A DNA stretch of 64,000 nt, from positions 1-64,000 of the forward strand of contig JBFLZG010000072.1 in the NCBI GenBank assembly GCA_040756235.1, in the 5' to 3' direction. Made by a program: the position numbers and the translations under genes. The notes below the pieces were generated by a model. It was given only the letters and a program-made list of their open reading frames with translations. It searched no databases and was not told the origin of the DNA. Shown here piece after piece: positions 10,488-21,008 of the stretch (positions are counted from its first letter, which is position 1; each line of letters opens with the position of its first letter). This DNA comes from a bacterium. GTDB lineage: Bacteria; Desulfobacterota; DSWW01.

Positions 10488-11933
10488 CTATTTTGCCTTC
10501 ATCATCTCGCGCAAGCTCATGTCGTCCCGATTCAGCCACAGGGCGGGATAACCGAGCCCCCGGGTGAACGTGCTGTGCACGTCGATGAAGTCGCGGTTGA
10601 GCACATTGAAGTAGTTGTAATAGCCGAGCGGTTTGACGAACCCCCACTCGTACAGGACATCCCGGTACAGCCGGCCCTTTTGATCATAGTAGGCAAAGTA
10701 GAGAGGCCAGAGCGTCTCCTTGTCGAAATAGGCGATCCTCTTGCTGTAGATGTAGTTGGAGTCCTTCTGGATCATCTCGACGACCCAGCACGGCCGGCGT
10801 TCGAGCTTGAGCTCCTTCCACTTGAACTTCTCCTTGCTGTCGAACCACGACTTCCCCTCCAGCGTGTAGGCGGGGAACAGGAACTCGCGCTCCTCGATGA
10901 TCTTGTACTCGTAGGGGTAGCGGTCCGGGGTCAGGTCCTGAGCGAAACCGTCCGCGTCGTCATAGCACATGTCCTGTCCGACCGCCTGGTCCTGCCTGTC
11001 CGAGCTGGAAAGCTTCCGCACCCTCCGGAGAAGATTCACGTACGCCAGAAAGTTGCTCTCCTTGTGCGGGTCCCCGTAAAAAGTGATGTTGTAGACATTT
11101 CCGTAGAGGTCACGGGGCGCCAGTACGATATAGGTCTGGATCATCTCCTCCTGGGCCTTCTCGGCCCTCTCGTCCAACCACCCGAGAGGAGGGTACTGGA
11201 CCCGGCCCTGGGTCCTCAGCCAGTAGTAGTCTGCGATGCCGCGGTGGTCGATGTTCCAGCGGCTGTCGATGCCGAGCGTCAGGTCGTATTGAAGGCTGCT
11301 GTCCGGGGCCACCTTGCGCTTCTTCCAGTTGTAGAGCAGCTGGAGCCCCATGTGGTCGCCCGAAGGCCTCGGAAAAGGAAACCCTGCCTTGTAGCTGTCG
11401 AGCACCATGTACCCCTGGGCGTCCTGCTTGGTCTGCCCCATGTTCTTCAGCGTGGCCTCGGCCACGGGAAGCCCGTGCCAGAGCTGCTGGGTGGGGATTA
11501 CCTCGACCTCGGTGAAACATCCGAAGTGGTTGGGCTGCCCCTCCGTACCCGGTTCGTTCCACATCTGATAGACGACCGGTATCATCAGGTCCTTGAAGGG
11601 GTACTTCGCCTTGTCCGCCAGGGTGTACGGGCCGGGTTTGATCTCCGGGGCGATCTTTCCAACCAGATCGGGTGCCTTCAGCCCTACGGCCTGCTCCCAG
11701 ACCTCCTTGCTCTTCTGTTCGTCCGTGACGATCTGGTCCCAGACCTGCTGGGGAATGAAATCCTTGTAGTAGTTGCACTTGGTGTAGAAAGGCTCCGGGT
11801 CGTCCAGGATGTCCTTGACCTCCAGGAGCTTGTTCACCGGGGTGTAGTATTTTTCGGCTGCCGCGACCAGCGGCTGGAAGAGCAGCTGAGCCAAGAGAAA
11901 CACAGCCGGACCGAGAACCCTCGTGGTCTTCAT
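10488..11933 (-). CDS. DUF1329 family periplasmic protein (AupB-like)
   Basis: Signal peptide; GFPFP.P, LRRVRK, D..GF, Y.YSKR..Y.DKET, YD.KGRLYR; next to DUF1302. Confidence 0.8.
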   Translation of the reverse strand: MKTTRVLGPAVFLLAQLLFQPLVAAAEKYYTPVNKLLEVKDILDDPEPFYTKCNYYKDFIPQQVWDQIVTDEQKSKEVWEQAVGLKAPDLVGKIAPEIKPGPYTLADKAKYPFKDLMIPVVYQMWNEPGTEGQPNHFGCFTEVEVIPTQQLWHGLPVAEATLKNMGQTKQDAQGYMVLDSYKAGFPFPRPSGDHMGLQLLYNWKKRKVAPDSSLQYDLTLGIDSRWNIDHRGIADYYWLRTQGRVQYPPLGWLDERAEKAQEEMIQTYIVLAPRDLYGNVYNITFYGDPHKESNFLAYVNLLRRVRKLSSSDRQDQAVGQDMCYDDADGFAQDLTPDRYPYEYKIIEEREFLFPAYTLEGKSWFDSKEKFKWKELKLERRPCWVVEMIQKDSNYIYSKRIAYFDKETLWPLYFAYYDQKGRLYRDVLYEWGFVKPLGYYNYFNVLNRDFIDVHSTFTRGLGYPALWLNRDDMSLREMMKAK

Positions 11934-11994
11934 TCTTTTCTCCTCCTCAGTATGGCGAGTCAAAGTCGGCCACTCCACTCCGGTCCGCTGACGA

Positions 11995-13560
11995 TCAACC
12001 CCAGTTGTACTTGATCTTGAGCGCCATGTAGTCCTTGTTCCGGAACAGCCAGAAGGAGCGGTTCAGATCCTGTCCCTGCATGAATCCTGCCTCTACCGTC
12101 AGATCCCACCGGTTGCTTGGGCTGTACGTGAGGGAGCTCAGGAAGAGGTTGGCGGCGTTGTTCGTGTCCCACGCCCACGCAAAGTCCGGGACCAGTTTGC
12201 CGTTGATGTAGGAGGTGGCCAGATAAACGGTGAAGGTGTAGTAGTTCTCGTCCGGCAGGTCATAGAGCTTGAACCCGGAAGGATAGTCCAGGATCCGGTT
12301 GAAGAAGAACTGCGGGCTCACCGTGAAATAGGCCCTGGGGTTCAACGCGGGGATCTTGACCTTCCAATCGAGCGCCCAGCCCGTGTCCAGAAAATCGGAC
12401 TCATAGTACTGGCCTTCGGCGAGGTCCTTGAAGGTCTTGTCAATCTGGTACTTCACCTCGGCCCGCAGCACCGGATTGACTCCGCCCAGGAAGCCGATCC
12501 GGAACGGCAAGTCCGAGGTCCACGTGACGCCCACGTATTTCTGGCGCGGGAACTTGCCGGCATAGGTGGGATAGAGGATCGAGGTGCCGTCCGAGGCCGT
12601 GCCGAGAAACGGGATCGGCTGGCCGAGCATCTCGGTGAGCACCGGGTCCCACTGGTAGCCGGTCAGGAGCTCCACCGGCGCGTTCTCCCGCCCGTAGAAA
12701 CCGTTCAACGTGAGAATGCTGCCCTGGATCCGGGCCGAGATCCGCACCCCGTACTCGAACCCGTCTTCCGACCACTCATCCGGCTCCTCGAGAGTCTCGT
12801 CCAGAGCGCCCACGTACACGTCGGGAGTGCCTACTCCGAAGGGAAAGAGCGGGTTCTCGAACCGATACGCGGCCGACCAGATCCCGCCCGCATCGTTGCC
12901 CGTGGTCAGGCCCTGGTCCGGGATGAAGTCCGCATTCGGGTTGAAAATGAACTGGACCCCCATTTCCTCAAGCCAGGCGGCATCCAGCCGCGGCCACCAC
13001 TCCGTGCGCACGAGCCAGATGGGAATCACGGTGGACTCGAACTCCACGTCCGAGAACCCGCGGCGGTTGTCCAGGGGGTTGATCTGATCCATGATCCTGA
13101 AGAAGTCCATTTCCCCCCAGGACACGATCTGCTTGCCGACACGAAAGTAGAACGTACCCGGCGTCCAGGTGACGTGCGCCTCTTTCAGGAGCTGCCAGTA
13201 GGCGTCGTCGATGTAGAGCTCGTCCCGGGACCGGCTGAGGAGCTTCTCCCTCCAGGAGGCGTCGTTGCTCTTGAGCTCGTAGATCCAGTCGATCGCGGTC
13301 AGGCTCGAGGCATAGAACACGAGATCCGTGCTCGGCCGATAGTCCGCCTCCACGAACAGGCTCATGAGCGCCTGCTGCAGGTCCTCTTCGGTGTCGTATT
13401 TGTCCCCTTTCAGGCTGAACTGCAGGGTCTGTGACAGATAGGCGCCCAGGTTCAGCGGCTTGTCCCAGATCAGAAACTGTTTCCCGAAAGCCGGCCGGCC
13501 CCAGAAAACCGCCGCGAAGGTCAGCAGCAACACCCACGAGTGGAAAATCGGTTTCTTCAT
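11995..13560 (-). CDS. DUF1302 family outer-membrane beta-barrel (AupA-like)
   Basis: Signal peptide; RVGKQIVSWGE, DQINPLD, C-terminal KDY..LKIKYNW. Confidence 0.75.
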   Translation of the reverse strand: MKKPIFHSWVLLLTFAAVFWGRPAFGKQFLIWDKPLNLGAYLSQTLQFSLKGDKYDTEEDLQQALMSLFVEADYRPSTDLVFYASSLTAIDWIYELKSNDASWREKLLSRSRDELYIDDAYWQLLKEAHVTWTPGTFYFRVGKQIVSWGEMDFFRIMDQINPLDNRRGFSDVEFESTVIPIWLVRTEWWPRLDAAWLEEMGVQFIFNPNADFIPDQGLTTGNDAGGIWSAAYRFENPLFPFGVGTPDVYVGALDETLEEPDEWSEDGFEYGVRISARIQGSILTLNGFYGRENAPVELLTGYQWDPVLTEMLGQPIPFLGTASDGTSILYPTYAGKFPRQKYVGVTWTSDLPFRIGFLGGVNPVLRAEVKYQIDKTFKDLAEGQYYESDFLDTGWALDWKVKIPALNPRAYFTVSPQFFFNRILDYPSGFKLYDLPDENYYTFTVYLATSYINGKLVPDFAWAWDTNNAANLFLSSLTYSPSNRWDLTVEAGFMQGQDLNRSFWLFRNKDYMALKIKYNWG

Positions 13561-13585
13561 CGTGGCCCCCCTTTGCGTTTTTGCG

Positions 13586-16039
13586 TTATGACACCGACGC
13601 CTTCATGGCCCTTTCCTGCTTTGGAAGAAGGTTCTGTCCTGCCGGGCCCGCGGCGGCCCCTCGCAGGATGAACTTCGGCCGGATGATGTAGAGCATGAGC
13701 GGGTGCAGGGTGATGGCAAACAGCACGTTCGCGGACAGGATCATGGCCAGGAACAACCCCACCTGGGCCTGGAATTTCATGTCCGAGACGAAGTACCAGG
13801 TCGAGATGGGCAGAACGACCGTGAGCCCGGTCAGGATGACCGCCTTCCCCGAGGTCCGCACCGCGCGCGTGATGACCGCGACCCACTGCGCGGCCGTGGC
13901 TTTCCCCGAGACCGGGCCCACCAGCGCGAATTCTTCCCGGCACCGATTATAAATGTATATGGCAAAGTCCACCCCGACACCGACACCGACTGCAGCCACC
14001 GGAAGGGTGTTGATGGTGAGCCCGATACCGGCGACCCCCATGTATCCGTAGGCGATCATGTTGGCCAGCACCAGGGGCCCTGTGAACATGAACGCTCCGA
14101 CCAGAGAACGATAGAACATCAGGCACAGCAGGAAGATCGCCACCAGCACCATGCCGTCCACCTGCAGGTGGGTCCGCTTCATCTCCTCGTTGGTGGCCAT
14201 TTCCATGCCGATCCGCCCCCCGGCCAGATGGAACTCCCCCTTGGCGAGCTTCATGGGGTTCCGGTCAAAAAACTCGCTGGCCGCCTGGTGGATGCGGAGC
14301 AGGTTGTCCGACGTGTGATCCGAGAAATAGAGCGTGATCTGCCCCTTGCTCATGGCGTGATCGAAATAGCGGGCCATGGTGTAGACGTCCACCTGGTCCC
14401 GGGTCCAGCCGATCAGGCTGGTCATCGGCTCCGGATCGTGAGGGAGCTCCCTCCACACCATGTCTCCGTCGTGCAGGATGAAATGGATCGTCTTCATCAG
14501 CCCCAGGATCGAGTCGCTGGACTTGTAGATGTCCGGAAGCCGTCTCTGCATGTGCCGGTCGAAGCGCTCGAAGGTCTTGAGGATGGCCGGATCGTCGTAA
14601 ATCGATCCGGGCTCTCCCCCGAAGTAAAGGGTGAAGTCTTCCGAGGATACGTCGAAGGTCCGGTCCACCATCGCCTGGTCCTGGTTGTAGCGGTGCTCCG
14701 GCCAGAGCAGGGGCGTACCCGGGCTGGGGTCCCCGATCTTGAGCTGCGGCCACGCATAGGCGAAAAAGCCGACGAGAGCCGCCACCGCCAGCACGATCAC
14801 CGCCTTCCCCTTGCCCGTGGAGAAGGCGCTGGCACCCGTGCAGAGCCGGTCCAGCCAGCTCATCCGGGCGCTCTTCCGCACCCAGCTCTCGCTGGCCCTG
14901 GCCAGCGGCATGTAACTGCACAGGATGGGCGTGAAGATGCCGCACAGGGCGATGGTCATCATCCATACGGTCATGAAGATCGCCACGTACTGCATGAGGG
15001 CGATCTTCACCAGAAAGAGGACCAGAAAGCCTGCCACCTCGGTGCTGACCGCAGCCCAGTTCGGAATGATCATGCTTTGCATCGTGTCGAAGCAGGCCTG
15101 GACACGATCCCGCTTCTCCACGTAGAGCTCCATGTACCGGTGCGTGATCTGCACCGAGTGGCTCACCATGCGCGCGACCACCAGGAAGGCCAGCACGTAC
15201 AGGAGAGGGCTGAAGTTGATCCCGGTCCAGCCGATGAAGCCGAGCCCCATGGCGGTGCTCACCAGGCCGAAGCTCAAGGGAACCACCATGCCCATGAGGT
15301 TCTGAAACGAGAAATACAAGACCAGCACGATCAGGCCCACGCTCATCCCCATCACCAGGAGGATCTGGGCCTTGTAGCCGTAGATCCATCCCATCAGGGC
15401 CGGAAACCCGACCAGGTGGATCTGGGTCTCCTCATCCGAGTACTGGCGATCCAGCCGTTTCAGCAGCTCGAAGGAGCGCTCATAGGAGATGTTCTCCTTG
15501 AACTGCGTCATGATCATGGCGGCCGTGCCGTCGCGGGAGACCAGGATCCCCCTCAGGTTCGGGTCCGAAAAAATGTTCCTTTTCAGCTCCGCAATCTGCT
15601 CCTCCGTCTCCGGCAGATTCGGCCACATCAAAGACTCGACCTTGATCTCGCCCTCCCCCACCGGCTTCACCACCTTCGTCGTACGGCTCGCGATCGAGAC
15701 GGTCAGAGCCCGGTAGACCTCGTCCCAGAGGGAGACCTCCTGATCGATCGCCTGGATCTTCTTGAGCGTGTCCGTCTTGAAGACGTCGCCTTCCCTGGCT
15801 TCCAGGGCGATCGCGACGAAGGAGCCGCCGCTGCCGAAGACCTCGGAGAAACTCGACATGATGCGCAGATAAGGGTGGGCGTACGGCAAGAGCTCTTCGA
15901 TGATGACCTCCCCCCGGATGCGCAGAATACCGGCCCCGGAGGCAAGTGCGACCGACAGGATCACGGCCAAAACGGCCGGGCGGTGGGAAGTGCAGAACCG
16001 GTTGAAGCGGCCCATCCAGGAGCGCCTAGGTTCCGTCAT
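13586..16039 (-). CDS. MMPL/RND family transporter
   Basis: Two TM clusters with large periplasmic loops; GVGVDFAIYI, SGKAVILTG; start MTEPRR. Confidence 0.88.
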   Translation of the reverse strand: MTEPRRSWMGRFNRFCTSHRPAVLAVILSVALASGAGILRIRGEVIIEELLPYAHPYLRIMSSFSEVFGSGGSFVAIALEAREGDVFKTDTLKKIQAIDQEVSLWDEVYRALTVSIASRTTKVVKPVGEGEIKVESLMWPNLPETEEQIAELKRNIFSDPNLRGILVSRDGTAAMIMTQFKENISYERSFELLKRLDRQYSDEETQIHLVGFPALMGWIYGYKAQILLVMGMSVGLIVLVLYFSFQNLMGMVVPLSFGLVSTAMGLGFIGWTGINFSPLLYVLAFLVVARMVSHSVQITHRYMELYVEKRDRVQACFDTMQSMIIPNWAAVSTEVAGFLVLFLVKIALMQYVAIFMTVWMMTIALCGIFTPILCSYMPLARASESWVRKSARMSWLDRLCTGASAFSTGKGKAVIVLAVAALVGFFAYAWPQLKIGDPSPGTPLLWPEHRYNQDQAMVDRTFDVSSEDFTLYFGGEPGSIYDDPAILKTFERFDRHMQRRLPDIYKSSDSILGLMKTIHFILHDGDMVWRELPHDPEPMTSLIGWTRDQVDVYTMARYFDHAMSKGQITLYFSDHTSDNLLRIHQAASEFFDRNPMKLAKGEFHLAGGRIGMEMATNEEMKRTHLQVDGMVLVAIFLLCLMFYRSLVGAFMFTGPLVLANMIAYGYMGVAGIGLTINTLPVAAVGVGVGVDFAIYIYNRCREEFALVGPVSGKATAAQWVAVITRAVRTSGKAVILTGLTVVLPISTWYFVSDMKFQAQVGLFLAMILSANVLFAITLHPLMLYIIRPKFILRGAAAGPAGQNLLPKQERAMKASVS

Positions 16040-16049
16040 CGATAGCCTC

Positions 16050-17057
16050 CTAGTACCCGACTCGATGCCAGTTCGGACTCCCCGAGAGGTAGATCGCCCC
16101 CTCATCACCGCATGCCGCCCCCTGGCCCTTGCTCAGGGGGGCGAGCCCATAGATCCAGCTATAGCCGATGGGAGGCTCGAACCGGGCTTCCTGCCAGCTC
16201 TCGCCCCGATCGGTCGACGTCACGCACAATCCCCTACCCCCGATCCGCAGCGCCTCCGCACCGTCCCAGCTGATGCAGTAGAGCTGCACGGGAGGCAGCT
16301 CGAGATCCACGTCCTCCCAGGTTTTCCCGCCGTCCGTCGTTCGCTTCACGGCTCCCTGAATGCCGACCGCCCAGGCGGTCCGAGGATCCAACGCCACCAC
16401 GTCGTACAGGAACGTCCCCCCCTTCAAGGAGCCGGTCTCCTCGTCCAGGTCATAGAGCCCTGCCTGCTTCTGCCAGCTCTGTCCCCCGTCCACGGTCGCA
16501 TAGATGTAGCCGAACTCCCCGACGGCCCAGCCGTGCAGGTCATCGCAGAAGGAGAGCGCCTTCAGGATGAAATCCTCGTCCTTGAACCGCACCTGCCACG
16601 TCTCGCCGCCGTCCTGCGTGGCCAGGATGTGGGTCCGCTCCGAGGCGATGAAACCTTTCTGAGGAGTCCGGAAGGCCACGCACATGTGGAAGTAGTCAAT
16701 CGGGCTGGTCTGCCTCTTCCACGTCCTGCCTCCATCCGCCGTGTGCAGGATCGTCCCCTTGTTCCCCACCGCCCAGCCGTTCTCGCGATCCGTGAAATCG
16801 ATGCTCGTCAGGGTGAACTCGACCCCGCTTGCCTGCCGTTCCCACGTGGCGCCGCCGTCCGATGTGTGCAGAATGACACCGGAGCGGCCGCACGCCCATC
16901 CCTCCTTGTCCGTGGGAAAGCTCATCGAGAACAGATCGTCGTGAACCTTCCAAGCCTCCTTGCCTGCTGCAGAGACGGCCCATGCCCCACACAGGAACGT
17001 GGCCAGCAGAATCGCGGCGGAGAATCCTGCAAACACGTGACGGTCTTTGCCTGTCAT
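16050..17057 (-). CDS. YCF48-like (BNR repeat) beta-propeller periplasmic protein
   Basis: Repeated GWAVG..G.I.HT.DGG.TW units; signal peptide. Confidence 0.88.
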   Translation of the reverse strand: MTGKDRHVFAGFSAAILLATFLCGAWAVSAAGKEAWKVHDDLFSMSFPTDKEGWACGRSGVILHTSDGGATWERQASGVEFTLTSIDFTDRENGWAVGNKGTILHTADGGRTWKRQTSPIDYFHMCVAFRTPQKGFIASERTHILATQDGGETWQVRFKDEDFILKALSFCDDLHGWAVGEFGYIYATVDGGQSWQKQAGLYDLDEETGSLKGGTFLYDVVALDPRTAWAVGIQGAVKRTTDGGKTWEDVDLELPPVQLYCISWDGAEALRIGGRGLCVTSTDRGESWQEARFEPPIGYSWIYGLAPLSKGQGAACGDEGAIYLSGSPNWHRVGY

Positions 17058-17091
17058 CGGGTGCCTCCCAGGAGGTCCTTGCGCGGCGGAA

Positions 17092-17439
17092 TCAAGAGAT
17101 ACCCTTCGGTAAGGGCATCTCTCCCTGCGGCTTGCGCACCGGCTTCTTCTCCTTGCTCGTGCCGTTCGAGAAGATGCGGACTTCCCGCGCCTCGCCCAAG
17201 ACCTTCATGGCTCCCAGCAGAGCGTGAAAATCCTTGCTTCCGAGGTAGGCATCGAGCTCGGGCCTGGAATCCCATTCCTGCATCAAGTGAAAATCATTCT
17301 CGTCCTCCAGCACATGACAGAGAACGCCCTTCCCGCAGCCCGGCCACATCCTCGAGCCATCCAGGATCTTCTGAATCGCTTGCAGGAACTCCATTCTCTT
17401 GGCGGGCCGAACAACGACACGGATCACGAGTAGCTCCAT
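17092..17439 (-). CDS. Antibiotic biosynthesis monooxygenase (ABM)-like protein
   Basis: R.EFLQ, PGC, F.L.QEWDS..EL.AY..S..F..LLGAM. Confidence 0.75.
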   Translation of the reverse strand: MELLVIRVVVRPAKRMEFLQAIQKILDGSRMWPGCGKGVLCHVLEDENDFHLMQEWDSRPELDAYLGSKDFHALLGAMKVLGEAREVRIFSNGTSKEKKPVRKPQGEMPLPKGIS

Positions 17440-17581
17440 ATTTCACCTTTGTCAGGGGGACTCTCGATCCTTCGCTCCGTCACTCACGTGACAGGAGCTG
17501 CAGACTGAAACACGCGCTCTTCACTCGGACCGGGATAAAGGCTCCGCGGTGCCGGGGCGGAGACTCGAAGCCGACCGACGG

Positions 17582-18763
17582 CTACCGCTGAATCCAATCT
17601 CGACCCACGATGACCGTCTCTTTCACGGACAGAGGCGACACCTCGCCGACCCTCTTCAGCACCTCGTCGATAAAGGGCTTCGGGTCGATGCACTCCTCGG
17701 GGAAGACCACCCCCTTCTTTGTGATCTTGCCTTGAACGATCCACTCCGCGCCGACCGAGCACGGGATCCCCGTGTTCGGCCCCATCAGGCCGTTGAAGTT
17801 GTATCGGATGGTCATGGCGTGGCCGTCCTTCTTCCCCTTGACCTCCACCACCATGGACGAGATGTAACCGGTCTTCTGCACCTCTTCCCGGCGCCCGGAC
17901 ATCAGCAAGGAGATGAGGAAGTCACGAGGAACGACATCCTGGCCCTTCACCTTCAACGGATCCGTGCTGGCCAGGCCGGCCTGGGCCAGAAACTTCATGG
18001 CCTCGTAAACCTCCACGGGGTAGGAGCCGATCTTGATGGCCATGTTCTTGATCCCCGGCAGCACCCGCGGCAGCGTGAAGATCTCCGGGTGTCCGAAGGG
18101 TGCGACCTTCCCCTTTCCCAGGGGAGGCCCGAAATCCACCTCCTCCTCTTCCTCGAAGGCATCCAGGTAAACCCTCTTCCCTCCCCGGATCACCGGTATC
18201 TTGCCGAAGAAGTTCGCCATCATGTGATAAATGACCGCGGGCCCCTCCGGCTCGTTGTCGTGGATCATCTGCGGGAAGGCCACGTCGTCGACCTCGTCCA
18301 TCTGGCTGGCGGCGTGCATGACCATCAAGGGTGCGATTCCCGGGCTGACCCCGACGCCTACGAGAATGGTGAGGCCCTTTTCAACGGCCTTCCGGTTCTT
18401 CTTGATGATCTCCTCGTGGGCCGCGATGTCGTCGCAGAAATCGATGTAGTCCTTGCCGGCCTCGATCGCGGCATCCACGACCTTGGGTGCCAGAAGGTAG
18501 TAGGGACCCGTGCAGTTCATGACCAGATCCGCGTCCTCGATGGACGCCCGGAGGGACTTCGCGTCCAGGATGTCGACCTTCCTGGCAGAGACTCGGGGGC
18601 TCTTCAGCTCTCCCGCCAGCTTCTTGGCGGCCTCGAGGTTGAGGTCTGCAACCGCGATTTCCTCAAATACGCCCCGCTTGAGCATGTCCCTGACCGCAAA
18701 ACTCCCCTGGGCACCGCACCCGCCCAGAACCACTGCCCTCAGCTTCTTCGCCTTGGCTGCCAT
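17582..18763 (-). CDS. Saccharopine dehydrogenase / lysine 6-dehydrogenase-like NAD(P) oxidoreductase
   Basis: VLGGCGAQG, NCTGPY, YIDFCDD, GVGVSPG, GHPE; AGGAGG RBS before ATG 18763. Confidence 0.85.
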   Translation of the reverse strand: MAAKAKKLRAVVLGGCGAQGSFAVRDMLKRGVFEEIAVADLNLEAAKKLAGELKSPRVSARKVDILDAKSLRASIEDADLVMNCTGPYYLLAPKVVDAAIEAGKDYIDFCDDIAAHEEIIKKNRKAVEKGLTILVGVGVSPGIAPLMVMHAASQMDEVDDVAFPQMIHDNEPEGPAVIYHMMANFFGKIPVIRGGKRVYLDAFEEEEEVDFGPPLGKGKVAPFGHPEIFTLPRVLPGIKNMAIKIGSYPVEVYEAMKFLAQAGLASTDPLKVKGQDVVPRDFLISLLMSGRREEVQKTGYISSMVVEVKGKKDGHAMTIRYNFNGLMGPNTGIPCSVGAEWIVQGKITKKGVVFPEECIDPKPFIDEVLKRVGEVSPLSVKETVIVGRDWIQR

Positions 18764-18836
18764 ATGCACTTCCTCCTTTCGACCGCAGGGGGTCTGTGAC
18801 GGCTCTCGGACTCCCAGGTTCGTCCCCACACGGTTA

Positions 18837-18852
18837 TTCAAGCCGAATGCCA
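18837..18852 (-). promoter_or_regulatory. Putative sigma54 -24/-12 promoter
   Basis: TGGCATTCGGCTTGAA (GG-N10-GA, variant -12), about 75 bp upstream of the operon and next to an EBP gene. Confidence 0.55.
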
Positions 18853-18875
18853 GGGAGGGCGTGGCTGGAAAGACG

Positions 18876-18972
18876 ACTCAAGGTGCTGAAAAGAGGGGAC
18901 AATCCTGGAAGGACGAGAAGGTCGGGGAGGCACCGGGTCTCAATATTTCGCGACGCTCTCAAGACGTTGATA
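18876..18972. promoter_or_regulatory. Putative activator-binding repeats
   Basis: ACTCAA-ggtg-CTGAAA (18876), TCTCAA-tatt-TCGCGA (18938), TCTCAA-gacg-TTGATA (18957). Confidence 0.45.
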
Positions 18973-19098
18973 GCGGAAGGGGAGTGCGGCCCGGGGGCCG
19001 CTGCTTGGGCGTGGTCTCGTTGGGGCGACCGGCCGGTCGCCCCTACAAATGTCGGGGTGCCGGGGCTGGATTCCAGCCTGTGAGGCTGTGTCATGATT

Positions 19099-19211
19099 CG
19101 TCATCCCGGCCCATATGCGGAGCGCGTGTGAGCCGGGATCCAGAAGGTTGCATCGGAAGAGCTGTAATTACGGGGAGCAGGGACCGGATTCCGGCCTGCG
19201 CCGGAATGACG
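19099..19211 (+). repeat. CGTC-tagged REP dimer, copy 3
   Basis: Same arms as 4337-4451. Confidence 0.8.
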
Positions 19212-19259
19212 AAAAGAACGCATCTCGGGGTATCGCCATCCCGCCTGTCCGCGGCCTAA

Positions 19260-19439
19260 CAGGCTGTTGAAAAACGCCCATCTGCTGCGTTCGGCTCGTT
19301 CTTCGTTCCCGGCCTTCGCCGGGACAGGCTCCCCGCCTGTCCGCCCGATTTTCGGGTAGCCTCATTCCTCAGAATTTCGCCTGCCTTGCATCTGGGCATT
19401 TTTGAACAGCCTGTGCGGAGCCAGTTTTTCAACGAGCTC
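19260..19439 (-). mobile_element. MITE copy 2
   Basis: CAGGCTGTTGAAAAA...TTTTTCAACGAGCTC, flanked by CTAA at 19256-19259 and 19440-19443. Confidence 0.75.
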
Positions 19440-21008
19440 CTAATGGCCGGGCCTCTGGATGTCCAGCCTCTTCATGCGAAAGCGCAGGGTGCTCGGGTGC
19501 AGGCCGAGGAGCGCAGCCGCCCCTCCCTTGCCGTTGATCTGCCAGTCCGTGCGGTTCAGCGTCCGGACGATGTGATCCCGTTCCACGTCTTCGAGGCTTT
19601 GGCCAGCCTGAACGTTCCGGTGCATGCCCTTGAGAAAGCCCACCCGCAGCGTCGTGTCAGGGGCCGTGATCACGGCCTGCTCGATCACGTTCCGTAGCTC
19701 CCGTATGTTTCCCGGCCAGGGTTCGTTCAGAAGCCCTTCCATGGTCTCGTGCGGGACCGTATCGATGTGCTTGCCGATCTTCTTGTTGAACACGTTCAGG
19801 AAATGCCGGACCAGCAGCGGAATGTCCTCCCGGCGCTCCCGCAGAGGCGGCACGGTGATGGGAAAAACGTTGAGGCGGTAATAGAGATCTTCGCGGAAGC
19901 GGCCCTGGCGCACCTCGTTCAGGAGGTCCCTGTTCGTGGCCGCAATGACACGCACGTTCACCTTGATGGTACGGTGGCTTCCGATCCGCTCGAACTCGCC
20001 GTCCTGCAGAACGCGCAAGAGCTTCCCCTGGAGCCCCAGGGGAAGCTCTCCGATTTCATCCAGAAAGATCGTCGTGCCGTGGGCGACTTCGAAGCGCCCC
20101 ATCTGCCTCTGCACGGCACCCGTGAAAGCGCCCTTCTCGTGTCCGAACAGCTCGCTCTCCATGAGGTTGCCCGGAAAGTTCGCGCAGCTCACCTTCAACA
20201 GGGGCCGCCCCTGGCACGGGCTGATGGAGTGGATCGCACGGGCGATGAGCTCTTTTCCGGTGCCCGTCTCCCCGAGGACAAGGACGGTTGCATCCGTCGG
20301 GGCCACCTGTTCGCACCGGTACAGAACGTACTGGAGCGCGTCGCTGCGGCCGATGATTTCCTCGAAATTGTGCTCGCACTTGATCTCTTTCTGGAGAAAA
20401 GAGCTTTCCGTCTCGATGCGTTCTTTCAACTTCCTGATTTCCGAAAGCGCCTTTCTGAGCTCCTCTTCCATCTGCTTGCGTTCGGTGATGTCGTGCTGGA
20501 TGCCCCACACCCGTACGACCTTACCGTCCTCGACGATGCCGACCACGCTGTTCAGGAAATATCGGAACGTTCCGGACCGGTCTCTCTCCCGCGTTTCGTA
20601 ATCCGCCAGTCGGTATCCCGCCCGGATGATATCGCGGAAAGCTCGGTTGATGTACGGATCGTCGGGAGGACAGAAGTCGATCAACCTTCGACCTTGCGTT
20701 TCTTCCCCGGTCTCGAATCCGTACATGCGACCCCACCGGTCATTGCACTCGGCGATGACCGCGCTCTCGAAGATGTGGCGATACTGCTCGTCCTCCGACG
20801 CATCCGTGGGAATCGGCGGATCGAACTCGATGCGATAGATCCCCTCCGTGGCGTTGTGAATGAACGCGCGGTAATGGTCTCCGCGTCTCTGGAGGTCCTC
20901 TTCCGCTCTGCGGCGCAGGAGGCTGTCTTTCTCGGCTTCAAAGGAGCGGATCTCCAGCTCCTTTTCATCCAGACTTCGACCCATGGATTGAGGGTTGCCT
21001 GAAAGCAT
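19440..21008 (-). CDS. PAS-domain sigma54-dependent transcriptional activator
   Basis: GETGTGKE, ESELFGHEKGAFTGA, FLDEIGE, FREDLYYRLNV, WPGNIREL, C-terminal HTH; start uncertain. Confidence 0.93.
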   Translation of the reverse strand: MLSGNPQSMGRSLDEKELEIRSFEAEKDSLLRRRAEEDLQRRGDHYRAFIHNATEGIYRIEFDPPIPTDASEDEQYRHIFESAVIAECNDRWGRMYGFETGEETQGRRLIDFCPPDDPYINRAFRDIIRAGYRLADYETRERDRSGTFRYFLNSVVGIVEDGKVVRVWGIQHDITERKQMEEELRKALSEIRKLKERIETESSFLQKEIKCEHNFEEIIGRSDALQYVLYRCEQVAPTDATVLVLGETGTGKELIARAIHSISPCQGRPLLKVSCANFPGNLMESELFGHEKGAFTGAVQRQMGRFEVAHGTTIFLDEIGELPLGLQGKLLRVLQDGEFERIGSHRTIKVNVRVIAATNRDLLNEVRQGRFREDLYYRLNVFPITVPPLRERREDIPLLVRHFLNVFNKKIGKHIDTVPHETMEGLLNEPWPGNIRELRNVIEQAVITAPDTTLRVGFLKGMHRNVQAGQSLEDVERDHIVRTLNRTDWQINGKGGAAALLGLHPSTLRFRMKRLDIQRPGH

